NCBI RefSeq assembly: GCF_036588685.1
Contig: NC_086384.1
Coordinates: 10,230,001 to 10,294,000 of the forward strand
Direction: 5' to 3'
Source of the DNA: Mytilus trossulus
Lineage: Eukaryota
Length of the DNA: 64,000 bases
The position numbers and the translations under genes were made by a program. The notes beneath the pieces were generated by a model. The model made no database searches and was not told the DNA's origin. It saw only the letters and a list, made by a program, of their open reading frames with translations. Of this stretch, positions 24,094 through 38,143 are shown piece after piece (the stretch's first letter is position 1; the number at the start of each line of letters is the position of its first letter).

Positions 24094-27000
24094 TTAATTT
24101 GCTTCTGGTTTGCGTTTGTGTTTTTTGTCTAATTCACCTTGCAGAAGACCAAGGTTAAATATACAGGAACAGAACGATAGCACTGCAGCCAAGGTAAAAC
24201 TTAGCGTAAAGCAATGCAAACCACTGCAGTCTGTTTGGCCTTTGAACCGAATACTACTATCATACAACCATCCAAAAGATTGTTGTAATAGAAGTCCACC
24301 AAATGCGTTACCAAGCATAATAGAACCCCAGTTGCGCCCAAAATATTTCAATCCATAAAATTCGCTGATCATGGTCGGCGTTAGACACCAAAGAGCACCA
24401 TTTGAAAACCCAATGACTAAATTGACGACTAGAATCATGGCAAACTTGTCAGAAAAGAATATAGAAAGCGTTAAAAATATTGTCTGCATTATGTTAAATC
24501 CAAAAAGAACGACAACCCTAGGATATCTATCTACAAGAGCATCCGATAAAAAACCGGCAAAAAATTTGGAAAAAATACCACAAACTGGATTGATTGTAGT
24601 AAACACCGTCGTAAACTTTGATATGTCGTATGATGCTAAATAAGTTCCAATATTATTTTGGAACATCAGTTGTAATCCAGCACACATAATGTACCCCCAT
24701 GCTATAAAATGAAAGTCAAATCTCTTAAGAAGAGACAATCCAGTGAGGTCTTCTATGACGTGTACTTGTGTCATTGGTTTGATAGAATCATCCGTATTAA
24801 TTATGATCTCTTCATCCGGGTCCGGGTTATATGGGTGAAATCTGAGAAAAACTGTTCCGAATATTCCTATAACGGCAAAACTTATTGCTGATGTCAGATA
24901 AAAACCCGTTAGATTTTGGTCCTCAGCATTGCGTCCTTTTGCAAAAAGAACACCGTATAGAAATGCCATCACTGCCGGTCCTCCACTAAATGAAGCGTCT
25001 AATAAACCAATTATTTTTCCACGGTGTTTCGGACTAAAGTTGATGACGTTAGTTGTCATGGCAGCCATGTATAAGAATATTGCTCCAAAACCTTAAAATA
25101 GAATTAACAACCCATAAAATGCAGAATATACTGTCTATATAGAGCATAAAGTAAATATTCGTTGAAAGATTATTTTTTTGAAAGGTAATGATAATACAAA
25201 ACGATTCTGCAATGACGAAATTGATGAGGTTGTAATACTTGGTTATACATCTATAGTATGCTATGGAATATTGCAAAATACAAGTAGACCATTACTCTTT
25301 TGTGAAACACTCCTGTATGTCGGACACGTACTTTATTACACAATGTGGTCAGAATATGAGATTCTAAAAAAACATGTATGCAACTGCCAAATTTAGAAAA
25401 AAACATGATTTCTTGTTAAATATCCTAATGAGAAAAAAACTTTTGCTAAATTCAAAAAAAATAAATCTGGAGTTTAGTGGTTCTTATCTGTTTACATTCA
25501 CCTTCCCTATCTTAATGTGTTAATAATTTTATACCACATACTACATGCAGTCCATTAGAATTATAAGACTGTTAAACATTATTTATTCAAATTATCTTAC
25601 ATATATATTGTTGTGGTGCCTTTGGTTGTCTAAGTGTTATAAAACAAAGAAGATGTGGTATAATTGCCAATGAGACAACTGTCCACAAGAGATCAAAATG
25701 ACACAGAAATTAACAACTATAGGTAACCGTACGGCCTTCAACAATGAGCAAAGCCCATATCGCATAGTCAGCTATAAAAGTCCCCGAAATGACAATGCAA
25801 AACAATTCAAACGAGAAAACTTATGGCCTTATTTATATAAAAAAAAAAAATGAAAAAAAATTAAATATGTAACACATACCGGTAAACAATCGACAACCAC
25901 TGAATTACAGGCTCCTGATTTATTTGTGTACATTATTGTGAGATTTTAAGAAAAATATAATATGTATTGGTATTAACGAGCAGTTGTAAGATAGCGTTCA
26001 AATCGGTTTTTGTTTGGTCTTCGGCTGTTATCTGATCTTTGATCGGGTTGCTGTCTCTTTGACATATTCCCCATTTCCATTCTCAATTTTACTATTGGTT
26101 CGTCTTGAACTGGTAGTGAGGTTTGAACTTTTGCTCGGGGTTAAAGGTCTCACTGTAAATCTTGAGTTTAAGAACAGTGATTGTTCTTTTGATTTAATCA
26201 ATTTTTTTTGTCAAGTAAGAGTATGGACTTTAATTGTGTCAAAAACTAATAAGCACAAAATTTCTTTTCCATTACACATAAGGGAACGACCATTTAGCTT
26301 CCAGAGGGAGGAGAGAGGAGGGATTGGGTATGTTTTGTTCTAGAAAAATATTCTGATCCCCAATTTGATGAAAAAAAATATTCCGGTCAAGCAGATGACA
26401 AACAAAAAATATTCTGATTGCCACCCCCTATCCACCCCCACCCCAATCCTACCTTGTAACGTTAAATTTTGAATTTTTTTTTATATCTGATTGATTGCGT
26501 CGAAAAACTTAAAACAAATCTGACAATGAAGAAAAAAAATGCCCCCCTTTTTGAAGTTTAATGGTGGATCCCTTATATTATAATAATTCCATGCAGTACT
26601 AACTACAGTATACCAATTACCTGAAATGAAGTAGTATATATCTTGTAATCCTGCTTTGTTAGAATAAAATTCCTCCGTTAATGTAGCACTCCATAATAAT
26701 GTAAACCCAGCCGAAGCTATGATAAGCCCACATAAAGATGCTATTCTTGGTCCGAACTTTTCACAAACAATACCAGCAGGAAATCCTAGAGATATTCCGA
26801 AGTTTGACATCGAACCAAATAATTCAACTGTAATACAAATATATAGTACAGTGAACATACACTAATCGTCTGAAAGAATAATTAAATGGGGTTAATGTAT
26901 ACATGTACATATTTAAGCAAATTTAAACATATATCAATATATCAGTAAGTAAATGTGAAACGATTGCAAATGAGACAATTATCACACGGGGATAGAATGA

Positions 27001-28280
27001 TTAAATGTTAGCAACTTAGGCACCCGTACGGCCTTCAACAATGTTAAAAACACCATATCGTATGGTCATCTGTTTAAAGTCCCGACATGAAAAATGTGAA
27101 AAATTTAAACGAGAAATTAACGGCCTAACTCACAACAGAACGTACAGAAAAAAATCCACATTATTTGTTTGGTTATTAGTTGCTTTACATCCAGTGGCAA
27201 ATATTTCATGCATGTTCAAGACGAGAACAAGTTAACAATAAATACAATAGGTAGGTCTTGTCATAATAGAGGCCATTCGGGATGATGGTGGGGGAAATTT
27301 GGACTGCCACTGGAAAATGAGGGTATATTGAATAGGGATAAAAATTTTGCCTTCGAAGAGTTGTTGCAAGGGGTCTTAACTTGCAAAGAACGTGTCACTC
27401 TCTTTACAGGAGACATCGGATTTAACGTCCCCATTCTGACCAGACGTGACTGCGAACTTGATACATCCCGCACAGCCAAGCGGACGACCAGCTTCTGCAA
27501 GCGTTTTACTGCCAGTGGGGAGAAGACCAAATGACCATATTTCGTTTCCCCAGTCACCCTTGGGGGACCCCACATATAACAGATGATGTTCATTTTACGA
27601 AGAAAAAGTGGACACTTTTGATGTTAATATATTTCAAAATATGTAGGTTTTTTTTAGTTTTATTTGAATTTTAAGCATATTCTTGCTTTTTCCCAACTAA
27701 GTATGACGTTTTCGATTTATATTAAATTTAAATATGATATTCGAAATATTCGTTGAACACAGTATAGCTTTTTTTTGTATCCGGTAAATATAAGATATTA
27801 ATTGATATAGAGTTCCATCTTCCGGTTGCTGTTATTTAATATTTTTCTCTATAAAATTTCATTTGAAATTTTAAAAGTAAAATCTCTTTGTCTACAATGA
27901 ATCTATTTCGTTGGAAATTATCTGACATTATACTTTTGTTTTATTTCTTTTTAAAAGATCCAGAAAATTTCATAAAGAGGGGGGATCTTACTGCCTATGA
28001 AAGTGGACATTCCAGTTATACTACAGTGATTCCCTTATAATTAACCATTTTCCCCACAAATGGGAGAACCCGGGACCCCTGAAAATCCCTCCAAATCCGT
28101 CTCTGTTATAAGAACTATTAAAAGTAAAATGGCAATACCTTCAGGCTGGGTATAGTTGAAATGTTTCTTTACTGCCACTATATAGGCACCATATGCATAG
28201 ACCGATCCTGCAATCGCCATTCCCAAACATCCTGCAACCAACGCCAAGACACGAGGAAGATGCTTCTTAACGTTAAACAT
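24094..28280 (-). CDS. MFS transporter, Mch1/Nodulin-like, paralogue B; exons 28280-28139, 26827-26621, 25091-24094; 448 aa
   Basis: GT/AG phase-1 introns; exons of 142+207+998 nt give 449 codons. Clear similarity to paralogue A (AIAGSVY, VELFGS.SNFGISLGFPAG, CAGLQLMFQNNI, WCLTPTMISEFYG). Confidence 0.92.
27165..27590 (-). mobile_element. SINE-like element in MFS-B intron 1
   Basis: GC-richer block with a GGGACGTTAAATCC core. Its 3' tail GCATGAAATATTTGCCACTGGA is also seen at ~29060-29112 and ~60185. Confidence 0.5.
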
Positions 28281-29775
28281 TTTCGATCACAATATCAATT
28301 ACTGTAATTTTTAATATGTAGTAAATACATGTATCTATAATCATGTGTTAAACGTTATCATGTGATATGAATTTTAAACCTGATACACGTACACAAGTAC
28401 TAATCAGAATAGTTTTCATATCTAATCAGTCCTATATAGATGAGTGTACGTTTTAAAAAAAATACTGTTACTTCTATCCCCTTCACTTTTTATCAAAAGG
28501 TACACGTAAGTAACCCATGGTGTATATTATTTATCTACCTTTGAGGAAACCCGTTTTCTTTTTTTGTGGTATTGAGAAAACGGCGACTAATTATCAATTA
28601 TATTCCTATATGGAGTTATTTTCTTTCAGAACGACAGGTCATTCTTTTTCAGAATCAACCCGGACGATACCATGTTTCAATGATATATGCTCCAAGGCGT
28701 AAAATAATGACCTGTGTGAGGTCATTATTTTCCTTGATAAACATGCAATCTATGATTAACTTCGAAACTTTATCTGTTTAATAGTTTTTTGTTGTGATTT
28801 GGAAATTTATTTTTCAAGGTTAAATCGATGATAGGTGTAAAAGAAACCGCATTGTAGTCCCGCATTTTAATTTTAGAAACAAATAACGTGAAGTTTTGTT
28901 AATTCATCGCTACTATAAAGAAACATTATCATATTGATATATGTCAGATGAATTTTATGTAGACTTTCATAAATTAAATATTTAAAAATTATTTATAAAA
29001 TAAGATTTAACATATTCGTGTGTAAGATTTTGAAAATCTTATTGAGTCAAACTGAATAGGTTGATTGATTTTTGGTTGCTTGCTTAACGTCCAGTTGCAA
29101 ATATTTCATGCATTTTCAGAACGATACACGCTGAATAAGAAATCATACTGTATCCTACATGTATTTATATTCGTCTTCGTGTCAGGTCTTAACTTTTTAA
29201 AATTTTTATATACCTTTTACTCAACTAATACGATAATCTTATATTCTATTGAATAATATTAACGTAACTCACGAAAGGGTCGGGTGCGGATGGTATATGA
29301 TGATATCCTGATTATCTTTTAATGAAATGTATTGCTATTCAATAGACAATCTTTCTGAATTTTTCATTCGATTCAAGTAAAATTGTTAAAAAAATAACTT
29401 TTCCGCGATAGAAATAACATATTAAATAAAAAAGAAAACATACCCCCTCCCCCTTTTCCATAAGCTAAGTGGTACAATAAATTACTTACAATGTGTCTTG
29501 TATTTTTCATACACCGTTATCGGATGGTTACAATACATGGGTGTCTTACTTCATGCAGTTACAGTAATATTTTTATTGTGTATGGAGATTTATTTTTATA
29601 AGGTTTATATCTAAATTATTTAGTGAGTTTTATTTCACATTCTAAATGAGCCGCAGGGCGTATTAAAACCTGAACGCATTAGAAAGGAATATCCCACCTT
29701 AGTGTTGTCGGTAAAATAGGATACTAAATTTAACAAATCTTTATAAAATTAATATTTTTTTACGGTATATAAGTC

Positions 29776-29907
29776 AGATAATGCATATTTTCAGGGTGTC
29801 AGGATTGTTCAAAGAAAGACCTCCCTCCGGTCGGTCTTTCATTTGATCAATCCTGACACCCCTCGGTGTGTTCTACGACAAGAAAAACCTTAAAATATGC
29901 ATTATCT
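29776..29907. repeat. Fold-back inverted repeat (mini-MITE)
   Basis: AGATAATGCATATTTT..GGGTGTCAGGATTG..AAAGACC / GGTCTTT..CAATCCTGACACCC..AAAATATGCATTATCT. Confidence 0.75.
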
Positions 29908-30063
29908 ATAACATATTCAGTGCAAATACAAAATTTCATAGTACATTCCGAGAAACACCAATCCAGCATACGTACCTCATCATACATTCAGATACATGGT
30001 ACAATGTAATCCAAATGGAGATACAAAATTGAATAATTATTCACATGTAGTAAGTACACCACT

Positions 30064-30065
<2 letters not shown>

Positions 30066-30127
<62 letters not shown>
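30066..30127. repeat. (CT)n microsatellite
   Basis: About 30 CT units. Confidence 0.98.
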
Positions 30128-30298
30128 TTGCTTGCACCTATTATGTTACGATTAATGAAACCATGGTTATACAGTCATAGTGAAACGGGGACACCCAAAA
30201 AGTACAAATTATACATTTATGGTAATACATGTGGTATCTTCTCTATTTGTGTTCGTGAAGCAAAAACATAAAGTTCTATTAATCTATTATACATATGT

Positions 30299-30744
30299 GC
30301 TCCGAGACCACAATTATATCATAGTGCATTTCTTTTAGAACAAAAATGATAATTAAAAAAATCCCAACTGCGCTTTCTCAAAGAAACTTTTACAGTGTGT
30401 TGAACTACTTTTGGGACAAATTATATAAAAATTATAGAAAACTTCATCAGCTTTAACTTAAAATATGGACACTTTTATGTTTAGGGCGTCTTGAAAACTT
30501 TTGACAGCATCCGAAGTACTAATTTTAATTTTTTTTCAGCTGGACCAAATCGCTACTTTCCTTTAAAATTCTGGACCCAAATTTTTTTACAGTGTAATTT
30601 TACCCCCCTACATGCAATTTGAGGCATTAAACATGGAGAAATAAATTTGGAAGGGGTATACAAATTAATGGCTAGTACCCCACTGTCAACACTAGGGACT
30701 ATAGAACAACGAAAATCAAGGGACGACAATTGTGGTCTCGGACC
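30299..30744. mobile_element. MITE, same family as 20499-20934, 4-bp TSD ATGT
   Basis: ATGT at 30295-30298 and 30745-30748; internal sequence is collinear with the first copy. Confidence 0.88.
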
Positions 30745-30985
30745 ATGTGTCTAATCTGTCTGTGTTAGTAAAACAGGGATCCAAAGGGTACAATTCATAA
30801 ATCCATGGTTGTAGCGTCCCTCATCTATTTGCGTTAGTTAAGCAGAAACATAGAAGGTACGATTTACAAATCCATGGAATCATGCTATCTGTTATCTGTT
30901 CAGCCAGAGGTCTAGGGTATGATTTTTAAACCCATGATTATATAGTCTCTCCCCTTTCTGAAGGAACGATGTATAAATCTGTAGC

Positions 30986-31090
30986 TATACTGTCTGTCCT
31001 CTGTTTGTATTAGATAACCAGGGTCCCAGAGAGTATTATTTACCCTCTGGGTCCCTGGTTATCTAATACAAACAGAGGACAGACAGTATA
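30986..31090. repeat. Near-perfect hairpin, 46-bp arms, 13-nt loop
   Basis: TATACTGTCTGTCC...CCCAGAG and its reverse complement, with one mismatch. Confidence 0.93.
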
Positions 31091-31386
31091 ATTTAGTGTG
31101 CCTGTTTTCAGTATTTTTTATTTTATAAATCGTTACTAAAAGAAAGGCTACTCTGACTAAATATTCCAACCGGAATGTTCAATGTTTGTTGTGAATAAAT
31201 ACTTTAAAGTAAAATTAATTGTTTCAATTTGAGTCAATACGAATATTTATACTTGGTGCATTTCATAACTGTATGTACTAGTAACCATCAAATGAAGGAG
31301 TCAGTATTAGTCATTAGGGGATATTTTGCACTTGCAGCAAATATAAGCCTTTTCATCAGAACTTTTGTAATACGATATGGTACAGG

Positions 31387-31730
31387 ATAAAATTGAGAAT
31401 GGAAATGGGGAATGTGTCAGAGACAACAACCAGACCAAAATAAAAAAACGCAACAGCAGAAGGTCACCAACAGGTCTTCAATGTAGCGAGAAATTCCCGC
31501 ACCCGGAGGCGTCCTTCAGCTGGCCCCTAAACAAATATATACTAGTTCAGTGATAATGAACGCCATACTAATTTCCAAATTGTACACAAGAAACTAAAAT
31601 TTAAATAATACAAGACTAACAAAGGCCAGAGGCTCCTGACTTGGGACAGGCGCAAAAATGCGGCGGGGTTAAACATGTTTGTGAGATCTCAACCCTCCCC
31701 CTATACCTCTAACCAGTGTAGAAAAGTAAA
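31387..31730 (+). repeat. Dispersed repeat (TAAAATTGAGAATGGAAATGGGG family)
   Basis: Near-identical to 53348-53622; partial reverse copy at ~26040-26090. Confidence 0.85.
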
Positions 31731-32984
31731 AGATGCCTTTTAAAGAATTGTTTGCGTTCCATTTCATCATGCATAGGAATCAAACGTAATTCCTCAATGT
31801 GTTCCAATGTAAAGAAAAGCATTTCAAAGGTAATATTATGTTCTTCGATGATAAGCAGAAATTAGTGTTTCTATTTACCGATATTAAACTTTATGTTTTT
31901 GTTCATCAATATAAAACGGTTTTCTTTCATAGACGCAGAAATATTTTATATTAGAATTATATTGTACTGTTTTGCCACTGTTTACAATTTACAATCATAC
32001 CAAATCATTCTCCTTATTTAAATATTATTAAAAAATCATGTTTTATAAGAGAAATATTCGCTGTAATATTTCAATGTTTAAGATTCTTGCAACTCAATAT
32101 AGTACGGCTCTTGTATTTCATATTAATTCATTATTATAAATGCGTGGATATTTGATTGATTGATAGATATAGGAAGATGTGGTGTGAGTGCCAATGAGAC
32201 AACTCTCCATCCAAACAACAATTCAAAAATTAAACCATTATAGGTTAAAGTACGGCCTTCAACACGGAGCCTTGGCTCACACCGAACAACACGCTATAAA
32301 GGGCCCCAAAATAACTAGTGTAAAACCATTCAAACGGGAAAACCAACGGTCTAATCTATATAAACAAAACGAGAAACGAGAAACACGTATATATTACATA
32401 AACAAACGACAACTACTGTACATCAGATTCCTGACTTAGGACAGGTGCAAACATTTGCAGCGGGATTAAACGTTTTAATGGGCCCAAACCTTCTCCCTTT
32501 TTCTGAAACAATAGCATAACATCACAACATATAAAAACATACGATAAAATATCAATTGGCAGACTTAACTCAATCAAAAAACGTATGATTACACAATGAA
32601 CGAATAAATTTGATCTGCGATATCTGAATACAAATGCACAGTTAATTAAATATTAGAGACAAACATTCATGACCAAAAGGCTAACAAACAACTCCAAACA
32701 CACTGAGAAATATTTAACCAATCAATGTTCACTTTAGAAAAAAAAACGTTTTTTTATAATCTTGAAGTTTATACAAATGTTGTAAGAATAAGTGAAAAAT
32801 TGAAGATATTACAAATAATCAAAGCTGGTATACAGCAAAGATCCATATAAATAAAAAATGACAAAAAAGCATTATAAACAGTATCAACAGGTCGAATTAA
32901 CAAGAACATACGATTTGAGAGTACTCGCAGTTTCTGACAGCTAGTTAAAAGCCAAAACCAATTAATAGTAAAAAATCATGCATC

Positions 32985-35900
32985 AGAGTTATGTGATTGC
33001 GCATGACAAGATGGATGTTTGAATTTTTTCGCTCGCTATGGAGTATGTGAAATATGTGCAATACTGGAGTTAATTGCGTCTTTTTGGAACAACCAACAGT
33101 ATGTAGTATCTTTAGTGTTTTGGTTTTGGGTCCTAGACCTCCTGTTCCCACAGATAAGACTATTTTCATCATTTCATCGAATTTTCTAGCTACCTGTGAT
33201 CCCAGTCCGATCCGTATCGACGTATATATGAAATGTGCTAGAACTCTTGAGGGTCTAGTTGAGTGGGTCAAAAATGGGAGATAAGAAAAACAAAAAGTCG
33301 ACAGCTGATATATTGCAAGAGAGTAGACATGTGCTATATGGAGATGAAGTCGAAGTGGCTACAGTCCTAGAAAATGATTTAACACTGTTAAATAGAATGG
33401 ACACTAGGCTTGTATCCATTGAGAAAAATACGAGTAAAAATACAAGTACACTGACTCAAATGAACGATAAGTTAAACTCGTTGACAGCGAGAGTTATTAC
33501 TGTCGAAACCGACATAGTAAATGTGAAAAGTAGGGTTTCAGATTTGGAGGCAAGTTAGAAAATTAGAAAGTTATAGTGAGAAGCTAAAAGGAAAACTACT
33601 GGACATGCAATGTAGGTCTATGAAATATAATCTCATTTTCACGGGACTTCAAGAGCAAAGGGATGAAAACTGTGAAATGAAGATTAGACAGTTTATTTAC
33701 AATGAAATGAAGATCCAAAAACCGTTAGAATTTGGAAACATTCACAGATTTGGTAAAAGTGAGCCAGGGAAACCGAGACCAATTATTGCAAGATTCCTGT
33801 ATTATTCTGACCTTGATATGGTGAAAAAAGCAGGACGAAATCTAAGAGGTACATTTTACGGTGTAAACGAGCAGTTTCCACCAGAAATAGAAGAACAACG
33901 ACGAAAGCTATACCCAATAGCGAAACAGGCGAGAAAAGAGAAATTAAAAGTTGTAATGAAAAGAGACAAACTTTACATTAACGACAAACTTGTTAACCCA
34001 GATGAAATCGCAGACGATACCGAGCATAAAGAGCCTCAAAGACCGAATAAACGTCCACGGGTGAACTCTACTCCTGAACGAGACGGTTCATAGGATAACC
34101 ATGGAAGACATAAGTGTATTAATAAACCAATCGATAATGATTTGTATAATGTAAATAAATGTTTAGTAGACAAAACAGTTATAAATATAATTACCCTTAA
34201 TGTTTGTGGTTTAAAGAGGCGTATACAATACCCAGAATTTTTAGAATTGTTAAATGAATTTAGTATTTTGTGTTTTGTAGAAACAAAAACTGATGATTTA
34301 GACGTTATAGATTTGCCAGGTTATAAATTTGTAATGAAAAATAGATCTCACTTAAACAGAGTAAAATCAGGTGGAATTGTACTTGGTTTTAAAGAATCAT
34401 TATCTGATCATATTTCTGCTGCTGAAACAGACAGTAAATATATTCTATGGTTTAAAATTGACAAACATGTAGTTAAACTACAACAAGATATTTTGTGTGG
34501 TATTGTGTATATTCCGCCTGAAAATTCTGTATATTGTGTTGGTGATCCATTTAGCGAAATTGAAAGTGAATTTTTGAATTTTAGTACAAGTCATGACAAT
34601 ATATGTCTTTTTGGAGATTTTAATGCTCGAACTGCAGAAGAGTCAGACTTTGACGTCGTAAATTTTGAAGAATTTTCAGGAATGTTAGACATTGAAAATG
34701 AGGGTGTTTGTACTTTAGATGAGTTAAATATAAATCGATTAAGGAAAAGTATGGATCACAAAAAAAAACAATTTTGGTAACTTGCTTCTTGAATTTTGTA
34801 AGAATAACAATATGTTTATCCTCAATGGAAGAATGTGTGAAGACAAAGGTCTGGGTAGTTTTACATGTAAAAACACTAGTGTAGTGGATTACAATATTGC
34901 TTCCCCAAAATTTCTTAAGCTGGTTCAAAATTTTTCAGTATTAAATTCTAGCGTTTTATTTTCGGATATTCATAATCCACTGTCGTTAAAGATTACTTGT
35001 TATGAAAAACAAAACGACGTCAGTCATGATGATGAAATGCATGAGGAGAAGATTAAGAGATGGGAAAATGAGCAATTAGACACCTTTATTAGTAACATTG
35101 ATAGACTTAAAGTAAATGAAATACTAGCTCAATTAACGGAAATGGTTGAAAATACAAGTGAAAACTCAATTATTAATAAAGTTGTTGAGGATGTATGTCA
35201 TTTACTTACAAATGCGGCAAAGTCTACATTCGGCACATTTACTAAAAGACGTAAGCATACACAAAATATAAAAAAATCAAAACCATGGTTCGATAGCGAA
35301 TGTAAGGAAGCTAGAAAAAAGTTTCGGTCTAGTAGACGAAAACTTAAGCGAAACAATACTGACGACAGAGTGATTGAAACAAAGAAACTAGAAAAGAGTT
35401 ATAAGCGAGTAATGGATAAGAGCATTCGTAAACATAGAAAGAAAATTAGACACAAGATAGAAAACTTAAGGTCGATTAACCCGAAAGAATACTGGAAGAT
35501 TTTGAACGATGGTAAAAGGGGAAACAATCCATGTGTACCTATTAATATTTTGTTTGATTATTTTAAGAACTTAAATTTAGGAAATTCTGAAGATGAAGAG
35601 ATTGTTTTAGAAAATTTGAACAATGTAAAAGATTTAAATGTTACATTAAATTCACCTATTACAGAAGAGGAAATTGAAAAATCTTTGAGAAAGTTAAAAA
35701 ATAATAAATCCTCTGGTGATGATATGATTGTAAATGAATATTTAAAACACTCTTTTAGTGTTATGTCACAGGTGTTTGTGAAACTTTTTAATATTATATT
35801 TGACAGTGGAACTATCCCTGAAAATTGGCTTTCTGGAAATATTATACCTTTATTTAAAAATAAAGGTAACAAACATGATCCTAGCAATTTTAGACCTATA

Positions 35901-37772
35901 ACAGTTATAAGCTGCTTTGGGAAATTATTTACTTCTATTTTGAATTCACGTTTGAATAAATTTTCTGATGATTTTTGTTTACTATGTCAGAATCAAGCTG
36001 GTTTCAGAGAAGGTTATTCTACTACAGATAATTTATTTGTTATCTACATGCTTATTAGTATCATGAAAAATAAGAAAAAGAAACTATTCTGTGCATTCGT
36101 AGATTTTGCTAAAGCCTTTGATACTGTTTGGAGAAAGGGTCTTTGGCATAAATTACTTGTGAATGATATTAACGGTAAAATGTATAATGTAATTTTTAAT
36201 ATGTACACTGGTATTAAATCTCGTATTATGTATAATGGTGAAATTTCAGAATACTTTTCATGCAATATCGGTGTAAGACAGGGTGAAAATATGTCTCCTT
36301 TTTTATTTTCATTGTATTTGAACGACCTTCAACAGTTTATTGAAGAAAAAATGTATGTGGTTTAAATTGCATTACTGATGAAATAGAGAATGAGTTTGAT
36401 ATCTACTTAAAACTGTTTGTGTTATTATACGCAGATGATACAGTGTTATTTTCGGATAATGCATCCGATCTACAGTTGCAATTAGATATGTTCTTTGAAT
36501 ATTGCAGTACCTGGAAATTAAAAGTTAACACAAGTAAAACTAAGATTATATTTTTTTCTGGTGGTAGATTACCCCAAAATATTAACTTTATATATGACGG
36601 AAATGCATTGGAGATAGTCAATGAATTGACATATCTTGGGTTGAATTTTTCAAGAACAGGTAGCTTTATGAGTGCTAAGAAGATTTTAGTTAGAAAAGCA
36701 AATAAAGCAATGTATGAAGTATTGAAAAAGGGGAGGTTGCACAACTTGTCAGTGAAATCACAATATGATCTTTTTGATAAAATTGTGAAGCCAATTCTCC
36801 TGTATGGGTGTGAGATTTGGGGTTTCAGTAATACTGATATTATAGAAAAAGTGCACCTAAAATTTTGAAAATTATTATTAAATCTTAAGAAGTCGACACC
36901 CAATTTTATGATTTATGGTGAACTTGGTATTTATCCCATGTCTTTATATATACAGCTGCGTATGGTTAATTTTTGGTCAAAAATGGTTAATGGGGATGAT
37001 AACAGGATTGCTAAAATACTATACAAATACGTGTTCTTGAAAAATTCGGACAACCAATTTAGGTCAGATTGGTTGAAATGCATTAAAGATATATTAGATA
37101 AATGTGGATACAGCAATATATGGTTGTCACAAGGAAATTTTAATTCTAAGTGGTTGGGTATTAGTTTAAAACAAAAGTTATCTGATCAGTTTCAACAGAA
37201 ATGGAGAGCTGATATTGACTGTTCGCCAAAAGGTTTGGCCTACAAATTGTATAAACAAAATTTTGAATTTGAGGAATATCTGAATATTTTAAATGATAAA
37301 GATAGAATAACATATTGTAGATTTCGTACGGGTAACCATAAGTTACCCATCGAAACTGGTAGATGGAATAAGATTGAGCGAAACCTTAGATATTGTAACT
37401 TATGTCATTGTAACGAGATTGGTGATGAATTTCATTACACTTTGCAGTGTAGTTCTTTGGCAAATTTTCGAGCACAATATTTGGATACTTTTTTCTTGCA
37501 CAGATGTAACATACTAAAATTTGAAAAACTATTTCAGTTAAAAATTAAAAATAAGTTGAAAAAGCTGTGCAAATTTATCAGGGTTATAACTTTTCAAGTG
37601 AGTCTTCCTGGTTAATCACCACTCTTCTTTACTATACTGTTTATCATGTATTATTTGATATTTTCATCTCATCTTGTCATGTGTGTTTGTGTTATGTTAT
37701 ATGACTTTTGATGAACTTCTTTGTACCATTGTAACTTTATGGTGTTTAAGAAATAAAGAATCTTGAATCTCT
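32985..37772 (+). mobile_element. Near full-length CR1/L2-group LINE, disabled: ORF1 (~33274-34093) and ORF2 APE endonuclease + RT + C-terminal Cys/His motif (~34142-37615)
   Basis: APE motifs TLNVCGL, ETK, GDFNAR, SDIH; RT motifs NFRPIT, QAGFR, FVDFAKAFD, GVRQG, YADD; C-terminal CNLC..DEFH..C; AATAAA then a GAATCTT-type tail. Frameshifts near 33555, 34765 and 36350; TGA at 36866. Confidence 0.93.
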
Positions 37773-38029
37773 TGAGACTAAAATCGACTAAAACACATCA
37801 CAGGGATTTAGTATTTTAACGTCATTAATAGTCAAAGAAGACATGACTTGTGCAATGCCAAAAATAAATGTATCGACAGGTAGTAGTATAGTGAAGAGCG
37901 ACTTCTTTAGAAATAAAAGTAAACGTGGCTGTGTCCCCTATACATCTCGCCTCAAAAGATAATGAAATTTAGTTATGTTTTAATTAGGTTTATATTGAAC
38001 GCCATTTTCAGCTCTATTGACAATGCGGT

Positions 38030-38143
38030 CAGTTTTTATTGGTAGAGACAATCGAGTGATAAGAGAAGAGTTTTTATTGGTAGAGACAATTGAGTAATAA
38101 GAGAACAGTTTTTATTGGTAGAGACAATCGAGTGATAAGAGAA
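38030..38143. repeat. Short tandem repeat, 3 x ~38 bp
   Basis: AGTTTTTATTGGTAGAGACAATCGAGTGATAAGAGAA x3. Confidence 0.85.

Noticed and set aside
36866-36868. In-frame TGA at a likely Cys position in LINE ORF2, read as selenocysteine
   Set aside because: It is a single event in an element with other disabling lesions, and no SECIS was recognised. A nonsense mutation is simpler.
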